Positions 30,185 to 44,600 of a stretch of DNA of 64,000 nucleotides are shown here, piece by piece. Position 1 is the stretch's first letter. Each line of letters begins with the position of its first letter. Origin of the DNA: Tubulanus polymorphus. Taxonomy: Eukaryota > Animalia > Nemertea. Below the pieces are notes generated by a model. That model saw nothing but the letters and a program-made list of their open reading frames with translations, was not told where the DNA came from and ran no database searches. The stretch lies in assembly GCF_964204645.1 (NCBI RefSeq), contig NC_134027.1, forward strand, positions 6,108,485 to 6,172,484, in the 5' to 3' direction. A program made the position numbers and the translations under genes.

Positions 30185-31029
30185 GCAGGATTTAATTCCA
30201 CGAATGGCACCAACATTGATCCCTGCGCGTTAGTGGGGTACGTGCGTCAGTCGAACGAACTCGTCGCGTCGAGAAATCGCGAATGGTACGTATTAACCAA
30301 TGAATTAGTTCAAAAACCTGACACGGCATGAGCATTCTAATCTTTTTATTTTGTTACTTTATTTCTGTTTTTTGTTCTCTCTACAGACAGTACCTTGAAT
30401 AATGATTACTTTTACAAACCGTTCCATGTTTCTCGCGCCTTGAAAAACGTTAAATTGCTATGCCCTAAAACCCGGCCATCTATTTAATAGTGGAGTCACA
30501 AAAACGTTATCAAATCTTTAAGCCGGTTAAATCAAGGCCTAAAAACAGTAAGTAGCAACCTCGGGATAGAGAAAAATAATAATCTTTTAAAGAATGTTTA
30601 TTTTTCAAGTTTTTTTTCGATTGATCCTTTTTTGGGTGACATGAAACATGCCGAATTATTTATATAGAAATTTAAAATTTTTATTCGTGATGATCAATTT
30701 TTTTCTTAATGCTGGTCATTTTTCTGCGTGAAAAAAAATTATTTATATGTAACATTTTTCTCTTTTCTGCCTGTAAACGAGAAAAATAATAACATGAAAT
30801 AGAAATTATTTTTTCTCTGTAAATGATTTGTAGAGAAAAATGCTCCCCCTGTTTAGTTTTTTTCCATTTCTTTTGATAAATGTGATACCGGGTTATGTAG
30901 TGATTATCAATCGTAAGATAATCATAATGCTTCTGAGAGCTACAGAAAAGGTCGGCAGGATGCGTGCGCCATAAGAGAATTGTTTTACCATCCCCAGGCA
31001 CTCTCGAATTCGGTTTTCATGAAACTTGT

Positions 31030-31250
31030 AGAGAATTTATGACGTATTATGTGACGTCAGCATACTTGAACGTGCATTACCTTCAAGGAGGTGCTGCCAT
31101 CTCTTGGCCAGGCGAAACACTATACGCTTTGCCTTTGTGCCGGCGTCACGTGACCTCTCTCTACCCGCGTCATCCATTTACAACAGAAAGAACGTTAGAT
31201 CTGACTGAAAGGGCTCGTAGAAAGCGCGCTATTATAGCTTATAGAACATC
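31030..31250 (+). promoter_or_regulatory. Promoter of the HMGB gene (region shared divergently with NT5E)
   Basis: CRE TGACGTCA ~31052, E-box GTCACGTGAC ~31145 and TATA-like TATTATAG/TTATAGAA ~31230-31247, just upstream of the ATG at 31300. Confidence 0.5.
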
Positions 31251-31299
31251 AAAATTTCAAATCAAATTACTCCTAACCAAATCTTCATAACTTCGAGCA

Positions 31300-33145
31300 A
31301 TGGGTAAGCATATTTAGAACATTTCAAAAGGCAGATTTGGCCGTTTTATTGATGGCGTAAATTTGACCTGATTTCTTAAAAATTTTGTTTTGTCCTGTGA
31401 AGTCTCCGGCGCTTTCTTCTTCGTTGTTTCATATTGGTTTCGGCGCGCCTCGTCGACGCGAAGTTAAGATGATTTTCTCGCGCGTTTTCGATCGTGGCAA
31501 GCGATGGAAAGTTAGCGAATCGGTTGATCGACGACTGTTGATGGATTTGATTAACTGGCTTGTGCGTTTTGCGAGGTTTTTAACATAAAAAATGATGATG
31601 ATGTGGTGTGAATTCATCAGTGTGGCGGGTCTGCCGCGTTCAGTCGGTTGTTTTTCAGTAGTGTAGGGTAAACTGCGCGGGTGCCTGTTAGTGTAATGCA
31701 GTACTCGCTCATCGCTGTATGGAATATGGTGATACTTATTTTGATGAAAATGATATTTCAGAATTTATGATCATGACTATTTATGGAAAAAAATCATCTA
31801 GGCCTACTTAATTTAATTGACATTATTTTCCTTCATTTTTTCCAGGAATCGTTTCATATTTTAAATGTTTTTTGATATATTTGTGTGATGCTGATAATAA
31901 TTTGCTAGTCATGGATCATGATTTTGAAAAGAAATTAATTAAGAGAGCTTTTAAAGTTGTCTTGGAGCATTTTGAAACACGTAATGGAGAATGTTTTTGT
32001 TTTATTTTTGATTCCAAATTTAATGAAATTGGGTAAACTTAAAATAATATTAGAAAAGCCTCATTCTAAAATTAAGATTTGCTTTTATTTGGAATATTAT
32101 GGTAATTTATTGGAATAGATTATTCTTTTAAAAACATAATTCAACGATTTATTTTTTTCTTATGTATTAGGGCGTAAGACTGCTGATCAGGGACAGAAGC
32201 GAAAGAAGAAGGATCCAGGTGCACCGAAGAGGCCTACAACTGCCTTCTTCTACTTTGTAAAACATTGCAGAGATGAGAACTTGATTAAAGCCGATCGGGT
32301 ATGTGAATAATGTGATCAATTTAATTTATATTTCTTGTAAAGCTCATTCCCCGATGTTTTAGATGTTGTTTCTAGAAATTTTTGAATGTTTCATGTGTAG
32401 CGTTTTTTTTCTTTCATTCAGGTATCTGAATTTACGAAGGCTTGTGCTGAAAAATGGAAGAAAATGAATGATGATGATCGTGTTAATTATGACAATGCGG
32501 CCAAGAAAGACAGAGCCAGATATGATGAAGAGGTATGTTAAAGAAATTAATATTGCTTTCATTTCTTTCCTATCGCAGTTCTTAGAATAGTTATATGTAC
32601 AATATTGTTTCTATTTTTAGATGGCTATTTTCAAGCCAGTCAAGGACCCAGGCAAGCCAAAGAAATCTCAGACAGCTTTCTTACTCTTCGTGGCCAGTAT
32701 GAGACCTAAACTTAAGGAGCAAGGCCTACCCAACAAAGACATATTAGTCAAAGGTAAATGAAATAATTGTCAATAGAATGAAATAATTAAGAGTTCATTA
32801 ATGAGTTAAGAAGTTGGTTCTATCCCCACGTTTCTTCGCTTTATTTTTAGCTGGTGAATTATGGAGAGGATTAGATGAGACAGAGAAGGAGCCATTTGAG
32901 GATCAAGCTAAAGTAGCGAAGCAAAAATACCTTGAAGATATGGAACGATATAATTCGGTAATTTCTCGAAATTATGCTCTGTGAGATAAGTCTACATTCG
33001 ATCATTGGACATACTTAAACTGTTCGTTTGATTGCAGAAACAAAGCGGAGCAAGTCCAGCTAAGAAAGTGAAGAAAGTAGAGCCCGCGAATGGTGCTGAT
33101 GATAGTGATGAGTCGGAGGATGAAAGTGCAGAAGAAAGCGATTAG
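31300..33145 (+). CDS. HMGB: High-mobility-group B protein (two HMG boxes plus short acidic tail); 6 coding exons
   Basis: Exons 31300-31303 (ATGG|gtaagc), 32171-32298, 32422-32532, 32621-32753, 32851-32957, 33038-33145. KKKDPGAPKRPTTAFFYF...EFTKACAEKWKKM and KDPGKPKKSQTAFLLF...AGELWRGL; tail DDSDESEDESAEESD*. AATAAA at ~33488, ~33840 and ~34908. Confidence 0.92.
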
Positions 33146-35441
33146 ATGACATGAGAATGTTTCATTCGGGCATCTCTTAAAGTTTCCCACCGGTCGTTTG
33201 TAAAAAAAAAATAACGTGAACAAATGATTTTTGCCGGAACGCAATTCTCGGGTTTCTGTGACTTGTTGCGGTATATTGTAATTTCGTAATTACTTCATGT
33301 ACTTGTATTATAAAATGATAACAGTATATTAGATATTCTGTTCGTGAACGATGTGGTTCAACATCATCGGTGTTCTTTCCTATATCAGTAAATTGCAAAA
33401 AATGAATGCGGCTCGTCATGGAAGCAATGTAACACTAATTTACAGCAGCCACCATTGGTAGATATTGCGCTTGCCCTTACTTACCTGAATAAACATTGTT
33501 ATCAGGTTCAAAAACTTATCTATCGTCATTCCAGTTGTTAATATTTAAATATTTAAGTTATTTTGAAACATTTGATCAGCCATTTCATGTTGCTGGCAAG
33601 CGTTGCGTTATCGATAAGATTGTCGTCTGTTTGCAAAAAAATGACGAAGCATTTCAACAGTGTAGAAACGGATCGGCAGGAACGACGTATATCATTCAGT
33701 GCGAGGACCTTCCTGGGACGAGCTTTTGAACATTTCCTCGCTCTCCAGCTCATCGTGGTCTACTTAATCGTTGCACTATAACTCGATAACAGCTGTAAGC
33801 GGAGTCGACACTCTGGTACTGGAGTGTTCGTGCTGTAGAAATAAAGCATTACTAGTGATCATTCATTAGGAAGAAGTTAAGGAAATAATTCATCAAATAT
33901 TAATGAATAACACTTGTGTATTAATCAATCTCTGTCTCTAGTTATAATTGTGTAAAAAGTAGCTTAATTAACTCGGTGTTTAAGTTGTTAGTTGTGTAAA
34001 TTATGTGTTTATGATAATAACAACGTTTTCTATAGTTATTGGAAGGATTGTTCAAGAAGCGATTCTTTGTAATTGTAAATGTGTGAGGATATAATATGTT
34101 GACAACGCGCTCTCTATTGTTGATCGAATTACTTTAAATATAACGGATCGATGTACGGCTATCAGTCGTACTTATTATTCCCATCGCTTAGAAAGTTTCT
34201 TAGTAAAGTACGAGTCTGATAATTTGACCCTGACGAGTAGCAGGCATTGATTTATTATCTGTAAACAGCTCAAAACATTTGGAGCTACATTGAAAATTAA
34301 GAAATTCCAGTATTGAGTCATTAGTTGAAAATATTTGAGTGTCATAGAGTATTTTGATGTCTGCTTCTTGATAGTTTGAATATGTCACTATCTGAAGTAA
34401 TTGCAGAATATTGGTTCAGGTGTCTGGGGTTTTACCATCTGTAATTGGAAAGTGTAATTTTAAGAACATGTATAATAATGTAATAGCCATTGTGACAGGA
34501 AAAATGCTGACTTTGTTTCAAGTATTCTGTTATGTTAGCTTCTGCGTAATTCTGGCTTTTGTATTCAAACGATGGCAGGTTCAGTGGCACTTTTCAGTTT
34601 TACACTGCTGATTTCTTTTACGATCCAGTTCCTCTGTTATTGGTTCTTTCTTTACTTTACACTAAGTTGTTAATGCAGTGAAATACTTAGAATATATTGG
34701 AACTGGTTCTCGAAGGTTTTGTGAACCTAACATATAACCTGCCCTTCTTGGAATATAAAGTAACCACCTGTCTATCTTATGATTGCTGCAAAGAATTTCA
34801 TAAGATTTTGCGTTGGTTGTCCAATTTTCAGTCATTCTCTTGTAGCATTTATTCCTGCATAATGTATGTGTTCAGTGTTGTCATTTTGTATCTTACTATT
34901 TTATAGGAATAAAAAAACTTGTGTTTTATCCGCGACACTCAATATTTTGCATTTTCTAGTCATTTTGTGGATTTTAAGCTGTTTGTGGGATTGCATAGGA
35001 CAAGCTACAATTTACTGTCGTTGTAATTCAAGTGGAGACTGCTAAAATCCCTCAAGACATAAAAGTTATCAAATGGGTGTTAATTTAAAATAGGTGACAG
35101 GAGATTGGGCAAGATTATGATGCAACAGTAGATTATGGGTGACCACGCAGTAACTGGGCACTGTTCAAGCAAACCCTGTAACACTTGTACAACGTCCATT
35201 GAGGATTAACAGTAGTGTTGATATCTCAAATCTTCAGCTGTGGTATACAGATTCCTCACTACAGAAAAGGTATTCAAAATAAACGTATAATATTGTACAT
35301 CGATGTTTATTAAAATCCATGCATTAATGACAGTATTTACAACATAGTCGTATGCACATAAATAAAACAATTGGATTTATACAAAGATTATTAAAATCGA
35401 ATATATACAAAATAGCAAAATCAGATGGATTTTTATGTAGC

Positions 35442-37665
35442 TTATGTAACATCTTTTTCATAATCAACCATTCTTGAAGGATCAGTTGGATAGAACTTCT
35501 GACATTTTGTCATAAGACGCTTCAAACCCTGCAATAGAAAAGAAAAAAGAACTTCTGAACTGATGCTCACAACAGATGATGATAATGTTTGGCATTGGAC
35601 GAGACAATGAAATATAGTAGATGAATCATACCTGTATATATTTGCGTTGCGTTTCATCATTGAGTACATGTGCAACGTTCTTGTCAAAAATCTTCTCACG
35701 ACCAGTACGTGCGTGAATACCAACCATAGTTACACCTATTGGCCATGGCGCATTACCTATAGCCATCTCTAAATAAGCATCATTTGCCTGAAAATTTTAA
35801 AATAGGTTATTCCCTGAATCATCTGATCGCAATTAGACATTTAGGTGCAACGATTTGAAACAAGAGTAGTTTCATAGGTCAATGTAGATAATATTTACTT
35901 TTATGTAATTTCTCACAAGAAGATGCTTCACAATATCAACCAGACACACCAAAATATCCTCCGATAATTTCTGAAAGTGTACATATAATCAGTTTAAATA
36001 AATATTCCATGCATCCAGTGCACCTAAAAAACCATGCTAATGTCTAAGTAATGAACTTACTCGCTTTTTTAGTTTCCTCATCAGTGGTCTCAGATATGAC
36101 ACAGTTTGAGAGTGTGTCGCGCTCACTAGCTTTCCACGGTTGCTGGTCTTCTCTTCATTTGGTCGGCTGTTCAATTGTTTACCCCAATGTTCCAGAATGA
36201 GCTAAAAATCGCAAGACAAAAGCTTTTAATATACTTACGGATTTATAACGAAAATGCAAAAATGTAGATTGAGAACATAAAAATAGCCAATGAACTTACT
36301 TTGATAAAATTGAGGATTATCTCTTGATCTTTATCACTGGCACCCCGACCGAGCTCATTTTTCCATTTCTATGAAATAGAATATCTAATGTTCAATACTG
36401 AGAATTTATAGTACTGGTAGTAACAGTATGAGAATGCTGCTTAACTAATACCTCAATGTCTTCTTCTGTAAATGCAGATTCTTTGATTTTAACATCTGTT
36501 GAATCAGTATCGTCATTCGTATTATACTGTACAATTTCATTCAGATATTCCTGATCCACTCTGTCCATAGCTGCTTTAAAATCATTTTTAAACCCCTGCA
36601 ATCAAAAACATCACTAACAATTGGATTAAAATGAAGCATTGAAGTTAGAATCAACTGAAGTCATGTTCTCGACTCTACCTTATTGACTTCAGGTTCTAAG
36701 ATTTCTAGTTTTTTCAAACGCTGAAAAGCTTCATGATCTGACTCGGCAAAAAATCGTATAGGTTCGCCACGTTCCCTTAATCTTCTGATAACCTACAATA
36801 TCAAAGAATAAAAATCATATCTAATAAAATATTGTACGTCTGAGATATTCTGCTGGCACCTGTGACTGATGAATAAATGAAATTGAAATTCTATTCCTAT
36901 TTCCTTACTTCTTTTCTTGGAAGCATGTATTTTTTCGTGTTTGCAGTCTCCTTTTTATCATCATCGACTTTCTCTTCAACTTCTTCCTGTAAAAAGCACA
37001 CCAAACATTAAATTATCTTTAGATTATCATTTTTTAGAGTTCTTACTTACAATCAGTGACAAATATTGGAAATCAAAGAAATACCTGCTCTTTCTTTTCA
37101 TGTTGTTGTTGTAGAAGTCTATGTTTTTTCAAATATTCCTCTGTTTGTTTAGCTGCAAGATCACCACGTTTGAAATATTTCTTTTCTGGAGCCTTACAAA
37201 AAAAATGATTCCCAATTTTAATCAAAGCGAAATATAAGCACAAATAACTTATTATTAGAGTTTTGTAATGAAAATCATTCATTTGGCTTCATTGAATGAT
37301 ATACAAATCAACGACAATTGTCAATGGTCATTTGGTTTACTTATACCTCACTCCAAGCTACTACTCGATACAGATTACAGTACAGGCAGGGGCCAGTTGC
37401 TCAAAACATGGTTACCGCTGGATAGATACCATAGTAACAATGAAATTTTAATTGTCACTATACCAACTATCCATCGGTTAGCAAGATTAAGAATATAGTC
37501 TAAAAATTTGTATTTGTATTTATCTCATACATGATACAAACAATGTCCATTTTAAGCTAACACACTGAAACGAGCGGTAGAAATCAAGATTTATAAATTT
37601 ACCAAAACATTAGTTGACTGTATTTGCTTTCTTTTGCGCTCGATTTCTGCTTTTAAGATGTCCAT
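35442..37665 (-). CDS. PRPF18: Pre-mRNA splicing factor 18; 10 exons
   Basis: [14 protein letters not shown]...[13 protein letters not shown]...[15 protein letters not shown]...[21 protein letters not shown]...[29 protein letters not shown]...[31 protein letters not shown]. Confidence 0.95.
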
Positions 37666-37699
37666 TTTATTGTTCTGTTTAATGTTTTGATGTTAATAA

Positions 37700-38240
37700 A
37701 TGGTTAAGTATGTTAAGTACCCATTTCCTGGTTTGTGGTACATCGCCATCTATTGTCGGAATTTCACTGAATCCTAATCATCGGAATCGGCTCTCCAACC
37801 ACATTTAAGGCCGAAACCGGGAATTAGGGACACCTCAACAAACAAGTAGTTCACTATCAACAATGTTGTAGCAACAAGGCGAATGAAAATATTCAAAATA
37901 ACTCAAATTATCCTTATTTCGTATAGCTACAACTATTTGTTATGCACTATTTTCTAAATATAATAGATATTCTAGGTCGGTTTCATTCGTATTTAACTGA
38001 AACAACGTATTGAGCAAGAAAACTAAGTTCAAATGAGTGATTATTTTTTCTAAGTGCACGTCTGATCTGTTTTATTTCCGGGTGTTGTCCGGTCCCTCTT
38101 GACAGTTCGAGTTCGCGTGATGAAATCTATTGCAGGTCTACTTATTTCGATACTGTATCTAACACGCCATGTCCACATAAGAGAATGAAATGTAGCCAGT
38201 CGGAACGTGTTATGAGTGTTCTTTGATTTTTGAGTAATAG
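37700..38240. promoter_or_regulatory. Bidirectional promoter PRPF18/CFAP92-like, plus a non-coding first exon
   Basis: CGCCATCTATTG (CTCF/YY1-like) ~37744, ETS-like CCGG(G)AA, X-box-like GTTGTAGCAAC ~37865-37875 and a strong donor ag|GTAAGT at 38241, upstream of the acceptor at 38654. Confidence 0.5.
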
Positions 38241-38670
38241 GTAAGTACTCATCACTTTTTGTTGATCCAAATCAGTCAAATCTTTTTTTTAAGTTTAAAA
38301 AGTAAGTTTAACTAAAAAGATCTGGACACTCAGTCCAGACTCCACAATTATTACGGCCAATCACTCCTAGTACCTAATCAGTATTGTATTGCCAAAACTA
38401 ATAGGGCAGTTAGTAAAAATTGTAAAAGTAAACATTTGCGTTAATTAGTTGACTCTTGATCGAACACGCACACAGAATAGACAACATGTTCTGATTTTAA
38501 AACTCCCCTTTTTAGAGATTAAATTCATCAATTGTCATTTCGTTTCCATGATGGCTCCTTTTTCTGTAATAGTTGGGCTTTTTGAAAAAACATTTAAGTT
38601 TTTTTCCTCAAACGAATCAATTTTGGCTTAAATTATTTGTTATCTGTTTTGTAGAGTGGTTCAATTAATC

Positions 38671-41600
38671 ATGTCCAACCACCGAGTTAGTGGAGGGGAT
38701 CTGACACAGCAGGCATCAGTGACGAGTATGACTAGTCAAAGCAGCAGCAGAGGAAGGAATTCTTCAACAGGTGAAAGGAAAACTTCGGGAGGTAAACAGT
38801 CATCAGCTAGGTCAAGTGGCAAAAGTCTTCTAGGTCAGTATTTATGCCGAAATTAACTGCCAACATATTGAAAATTTTGCTTTCATTGAAAATATTCAGT
38901 ATTTTTTCATCTATTTCAACAGCGGACACTTCTGGAACAAGTTTGACATCGATGCCGAATTCGCCAAGGATGAAAAATGTCGCCAGCAAATCTCCCTCGC
39001 AAAGAAGCGCTTCAAAGTCTCCCAGTCGCACATCGAGCAATGCTAAATCACCTCATGGCAGTAACACTCAGGATAGTCTTCCGAAACCACGTCGCAGGCG
39101 AAAGAAAGGCAAAACTGATGACGAACACAGAGTGATTTTTACTGTAACTGTCGCACAAGCTATTCCTACTGGTAAGCAATGCACGCAATTTTCAGGAAAT
39201 ATTCAAGAGAAATAAAAATGTTTAGCCTAGTACCGTACATAAGGCTATTATGCAATAGACTGGTTGAGAAAACAATTTACTTTTCTCTCTCTTCATTGCT
39301 CAGTAGATTTCAGTTTTAATTGATTAGATTGTGCTTTTATCTGTGCTGTATTGATATGTTATTTATTCTGTCAACAGTTGTACTATCAAACTGTTATTAG
39401 ATTTTCCTTAAAATGGTCAGTTTTGATCATAGGTAATTCGTCATAGCGTTGGTGTATTTTTTACAGGTATTTATAGAGTTAATTTATAATTTTTATCATC
39501 GAGCACTATAATCGATTTCATCAATTAGTTGCTGCACTATTTCTGTTGACATAAGGCTCCAGTCAAGCATTCCGCTGATGATAGAGTGTTTATAAGTTGC
39601 CCGGGTAACATTCATATCGTTTGGTGTTGGCAAGCGCAATAAAAGAAATGAAAAATGAGCATGATTAAGAGTAATTCAATTTCTCTACGGTATATTATTG
39701 CGGTTGCTTTTTTGAAAGTGGAAATCGAGAATGTGATTACCGGTAAATCTTGCTTGTATAGGCCTATGGCCTATGTGCTCCCAAAAAATGTCCCAGCCCC
39801 AATTTGTTTCAAATATTGAATAGCAATCATTGATTCCTTCAGCTGTGTTCGAGGGTAGAGAAATATCTAGGGATACAGAAAATCCGAGTCGAAATTCTGC
39901 AGGTAGTACATGTATAAATATTTAATCAAGCACGCCTCTCACATTCTTATTTACTTCAAGTGGTATATTTTTCTAATCAAAAGTCACAATAATTTGTTGC
40001 ATAAGCTAGTGTATTCACTAACATTAAAGTAAACAATTCTAAACGGTACATTTTGTTTTCTGGCCCTCACGAAATTTATTTAACAGTTTTTTTGTCCCTA
40101 CAGTATTTTTTGCACTGTAAACCTGTGTAACTTGATCCAAACCAGTTTTTACTGCAATGGTGACTCGAAAACAAGTTTTTGTTTACATTACAAAACAGTT
40201 ATTTGTAATTGTTGCATGATCTTTGCATGTGTCTCGTCTCATTGATTTGTACCCTGAATATTTAATGCATATTTTATGAGCAAAAGCCACTGAACACATG
40301 CATGCGATGTGATGTTTAATTCATGTACTGTATTCACCATCCACTATTTGCAAACCAAATTGGCTTCCAAATATCTGTTCTTTCAAATGATATACAGTGA
40401 ATATGGAGGTTATCAGAACGTATTGCTTACGATTTAAAGATGTTTGCTTTTGTAACAATTGAATAGTTTGAAAATGTTATTATAATTGAATTCACCTAAA
40501 ATCTAACTCAACGTTTCCTTTTTCAGGTTAAAGGCTTATTTTCTTGCAGCGGCACAAAACATGCATTTATTCAGCCATCAATAGAAACTTGTTTCGTATC
40601 GATTAATGCATTTATCAATCCATTTATCACCATTAATACACGCTTATTCTGTTTAACTACAGCGTGTTTAGCTATTCAATAATATATAATCAATATGACT
40701 TACGTCTAATTGGTGGTATTTTGAATGTAATAGCTGTGTGCTATAATTACACCTGGTATGTTCAATTCCCGAAAGATTGTGTGGTTTTTATAAAAATCAT
40801 GATCCTTTAATGCATTCACTTAATTCTTGTTTCTACTTATTTCAAAATTATAGTCAATACTTCGATGAATTGAATGAAATTTTCTTAACTAAGAATTAGG
40901 TACTTTCTCATTTTCATGTCTTAGCATTTTATTTTCATAAATCAACTGTAAGTCTATTTTTGATTGAAAATTTAGTGAAAGCAGATGACCAGCCGGACGT
41001 CACAGCTCTTGTGAAACGAAAGAAACGTATAGTTGAAGCACCACGCGCACAGAATTACTATCACTGTGAATATTTCCTGTTACCGGATGACGATGAACCA
41101 GTTCGAACAGATGTCGTTACGTTTGGAATGGCAGCTAAAATCTACCCAGATAAACAAGAACCAAAAGTGCTTAAAACTTGGCAAGATGGTGACCAAACCT
41201 GGGTGGTCTGGTCGCATAGGTAAGTATGTTTGCTGGGAATACAATCGACAGTCATGAATTTGAAGAATATTCTAGAATGAGCAGATATCGATGAAGCAAT
41301 TATCTGATCTGACCATGGCACAGCTCTGAATATCCCTAGTTTAATTTTTGTTTTCAGCCATACAATTATCATGACCGAAGAGGTTTTGTTGAAATTATGT
41401 AAACATGATCTTGATCTGCGAATCTGGGATATGAAAGAAAAATGTTCTTCGAGAGCCAAATTTGATCGCCCTAAAGCTTTCAAACTCCCATCGGCCAAAG
41501 GTAATCACTCTTATTTTTTGGAGTCTCTTCAGAACTGCAGATTAAGTTTATTCAAATTTGATAATTGGTGTTTATTTCGATTCAAGGAGAAGATACTGAT

Positions 41601-44600
41601 GATATTGGAGGTGTGAAATCAATGGTTTTGAAACAAGCTAAAAACTTTCTCAAATCACAGCCGAAAAAATTAGTAATTGAAAGACCATTACCTTCAATGT
41701 CAAAAATTGCCTTCGATGAAAATGGTATGCTCATAACAACTGATATGTCAGGTATGCATTAATTGAAATTTGTAAGCTATTAGTGTTTATCTATGAACTC
41801 TTGTTGAAGTCTAAATGTTTTACAATTTTGTCATCATTGGCTATGGCTAATCTCTGCACAGATGTTGGAACTCCTGCACCACGTGACGATAAAGCTAAGG
41901 GAAAATCAGCAGATGAACAGCTGAATACAGCTCCCAGTGAGTTAATATCAATTCAAACTCGAGATCGTCCTGGAGGAAAAGTTAGTGAGGAGGGTACAAG
42001 GTAATAGCGTTACTTCAATGGAGCTCAATATCCTTAGAAAATGATTATGACTTTAAGCTCTTTGCTAATGTTTATTCATGTCTCAGGACGTACAGTAGAC
42101 TTGGAGAGCTTGCTGGAATCAAACCTCCTAAAGAACCAAAGAAAGAAAAAGCTGGGCCAACAAAACGTTCGCGACGAACCCAAAATGATAGCTCCGATGA
42201 TGAAATGTATACAAAATCGGCCGCAGTGCCTAAACATGGAAAAAATAATGTGTATTCTTCGGGTAATAATCTTGAGGGCCATGACGCAGAAGATACTCCA
42301 GGCTCTGCTCCTCCGGGTACTGGTTCGACAGTTGGATTTCGCCGCAGAAAGAAAGATCCTCTTGCACAAGCTCAAGCTGAATATGTGAAGAAACATGGCA
42401 TTGCCACAATAAAAGTCCGACTTGCGGAACTGTTTGCAGGTATGTTAACCTACACTCAAGAGACAATTATCCACTTGATCATGTAATATTTGGAATCACA
42501 ATCATTCCGAAAATTGCTCATACTCCTAGTGCCTGTTGCGATTGTAAAATGCATAAAATGAATATTGAATCTAATCTCCTTTGTTTTACAGATAAATTGA
42601 CGATCACCAGTCGACTAGAAAAATCAGTGACGACAATTGACGATATGTTTGTAACTGTCACTATCGATAAACAGATAATGTCCGACGAACAGAGGCTAAA
42701 ATTCAATCCAATTGTTGTCAAAGTGCATTCAGCTACAAACATGCCTGAAACTCCAATATCACATATGGATTTGAACCAAAGGTTACCTTTTTTGATGATC
42801 CTGATTCCAATATGCCATCACTTCAAACCACATAGTCCCTTCAAGCATCTGGATCTATCCTTCAAGAGCATTCTCATTTGATTTTTTCCAGGTGCCATCC
42901 AGTTTTTTGCAAATACAAGTTTTTCACTGAAGATGAACATACAAGTATTGGTCGTGATCATAGACACAATATATACTGGGATGATGTTACTGTATTTTTC
43001 ACTGGTGAGGATGAAAAGTCAATAAACAGTGCTTGTTATAGTTGCATAGATCAAATCTGTTCTATCATTCCACAAGCTTGAATTCAAGCAATTTTTGTTA
43101 ATTTATATCTTTTATTTCACTTTTTACTTTTTTTCACCAGGAACAATGGATAAATCTGAGTTAAGACAATATTTAACAGGGCCTCCATTGACAATTGAGG
43201 TGCATGATCGTGACAGAAAATATGTCGAAGAGAAGTTAAAACCTACGCTATTTGGTGACGATTTGGAGGATGAAAAAATCAGCAACGTTGGAACGGTTGG
43301 ATGTGAGTGCTGTTTTAATACATGTCAACAAACCCAGCTCCTCGGTTATGAGTAAAGTAGATCTAATGATTTTATGTCACTTCCAGCTCGCAGAACGATA
43401 TATAATCCATATCTAGACAGAGAAAAACCTTGGGATCCATATGGTTTGGCGAAATTTGATCTATCTGGTTTACTATTGGGTCAAAAAGTATTGGAACTTG
43501 CATCTCCAATACAGCCATGCGCAATGCCCGATCCATTGGGTATCAAAGAAGGGAAGATGGATGGCAAATTATTAGGTGTAACTGGTGCAGTTGATGGACC
43601 AGGTATGTCAATTTGAAAATATGGTAATTTAATCCTGATTGGTCTATCTAACTGGATGTGGTTATTGGTTTATTCGTTATTCTTTTTCAGTTGAAACTCC
43701 TCTACAATCTGGTCATTATCTGCAGGGTGGTGCTTCTCTGAAAATACTCGTGGAAATAGCTCATACCCTGACGAATGCAGCAGAAGTTGCTGAAAACGTT
43801 GATTTGGAAACTACGACTGAGGTAGAATAGAAAAGCAAATATTTGTATTCATGTCGCACATATTTTGGCGATGATAAATTGTAAAAAAATTTCTGTCATC
43901 ATTCCAGTGTCCATTTGCTCGAATTATTTTCAAATTTGACTACAAGAACGCAACATTCCTTCATAAAATACAGAATCTCATAACTGAAATCAATGCAAAA
44001 GCATTGCAGCTTGATGATCTGCCAGACACTGTAGTAAGTGTAGCTTTGTCTACATACAAGTTATCCAGGTAACTTAAACAAATGTCCTGATTTAGAATTA
44101 TCCATCCTTTGAGCTGTCTTAAAAAGAAATTCTAAATCTTGTAGGCAGCAGCAGCAAAGTAGAGATTTGGACATAGTAACTGGATTCCACGTGATGGATG
44201 GCAAGCGACATGTGTTTGTGCTAGAAGGGCTCCGTGATTCGGCCATCAAGTTACTCTGGGAGTCTCTTCCTAAACTTGAAAATTCAGGTGCAGCTCATTT
44301 ACTTTGTAAAAACCTGAGTGTACTGACATGTTTCATTAATGATGAACAGATTTTTTGTAATTGAAATTTATAGATGTAACAGTTTTATATCACACTGATA
44401 TGTGCTTCAGTGACCGGCTCTATACAGCGTTAGATGTGGATTTGTGTCGAGTAAAACTACATGAACCGTTAGATATAATTGTGCAACAACCATTACTATA
44501 CATCAGAGATATGGTGCCGAGACCTTGCTTCCAAGCTCTCATCAAATTACACGATGTAAGTGCCAGCCTATCATGGTGGATATATGGAGTGTCTGCTATG

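Noticed and set aside
33146-35400. Several 60-80-aa ORFs between HMGB and PRPF18 (similarly at 6000-7500, 13000-16100 and 19500-21800)
   Set aside because: They have 3' UTR, intron or intergenic composition, with no domains or consistent splice signals.
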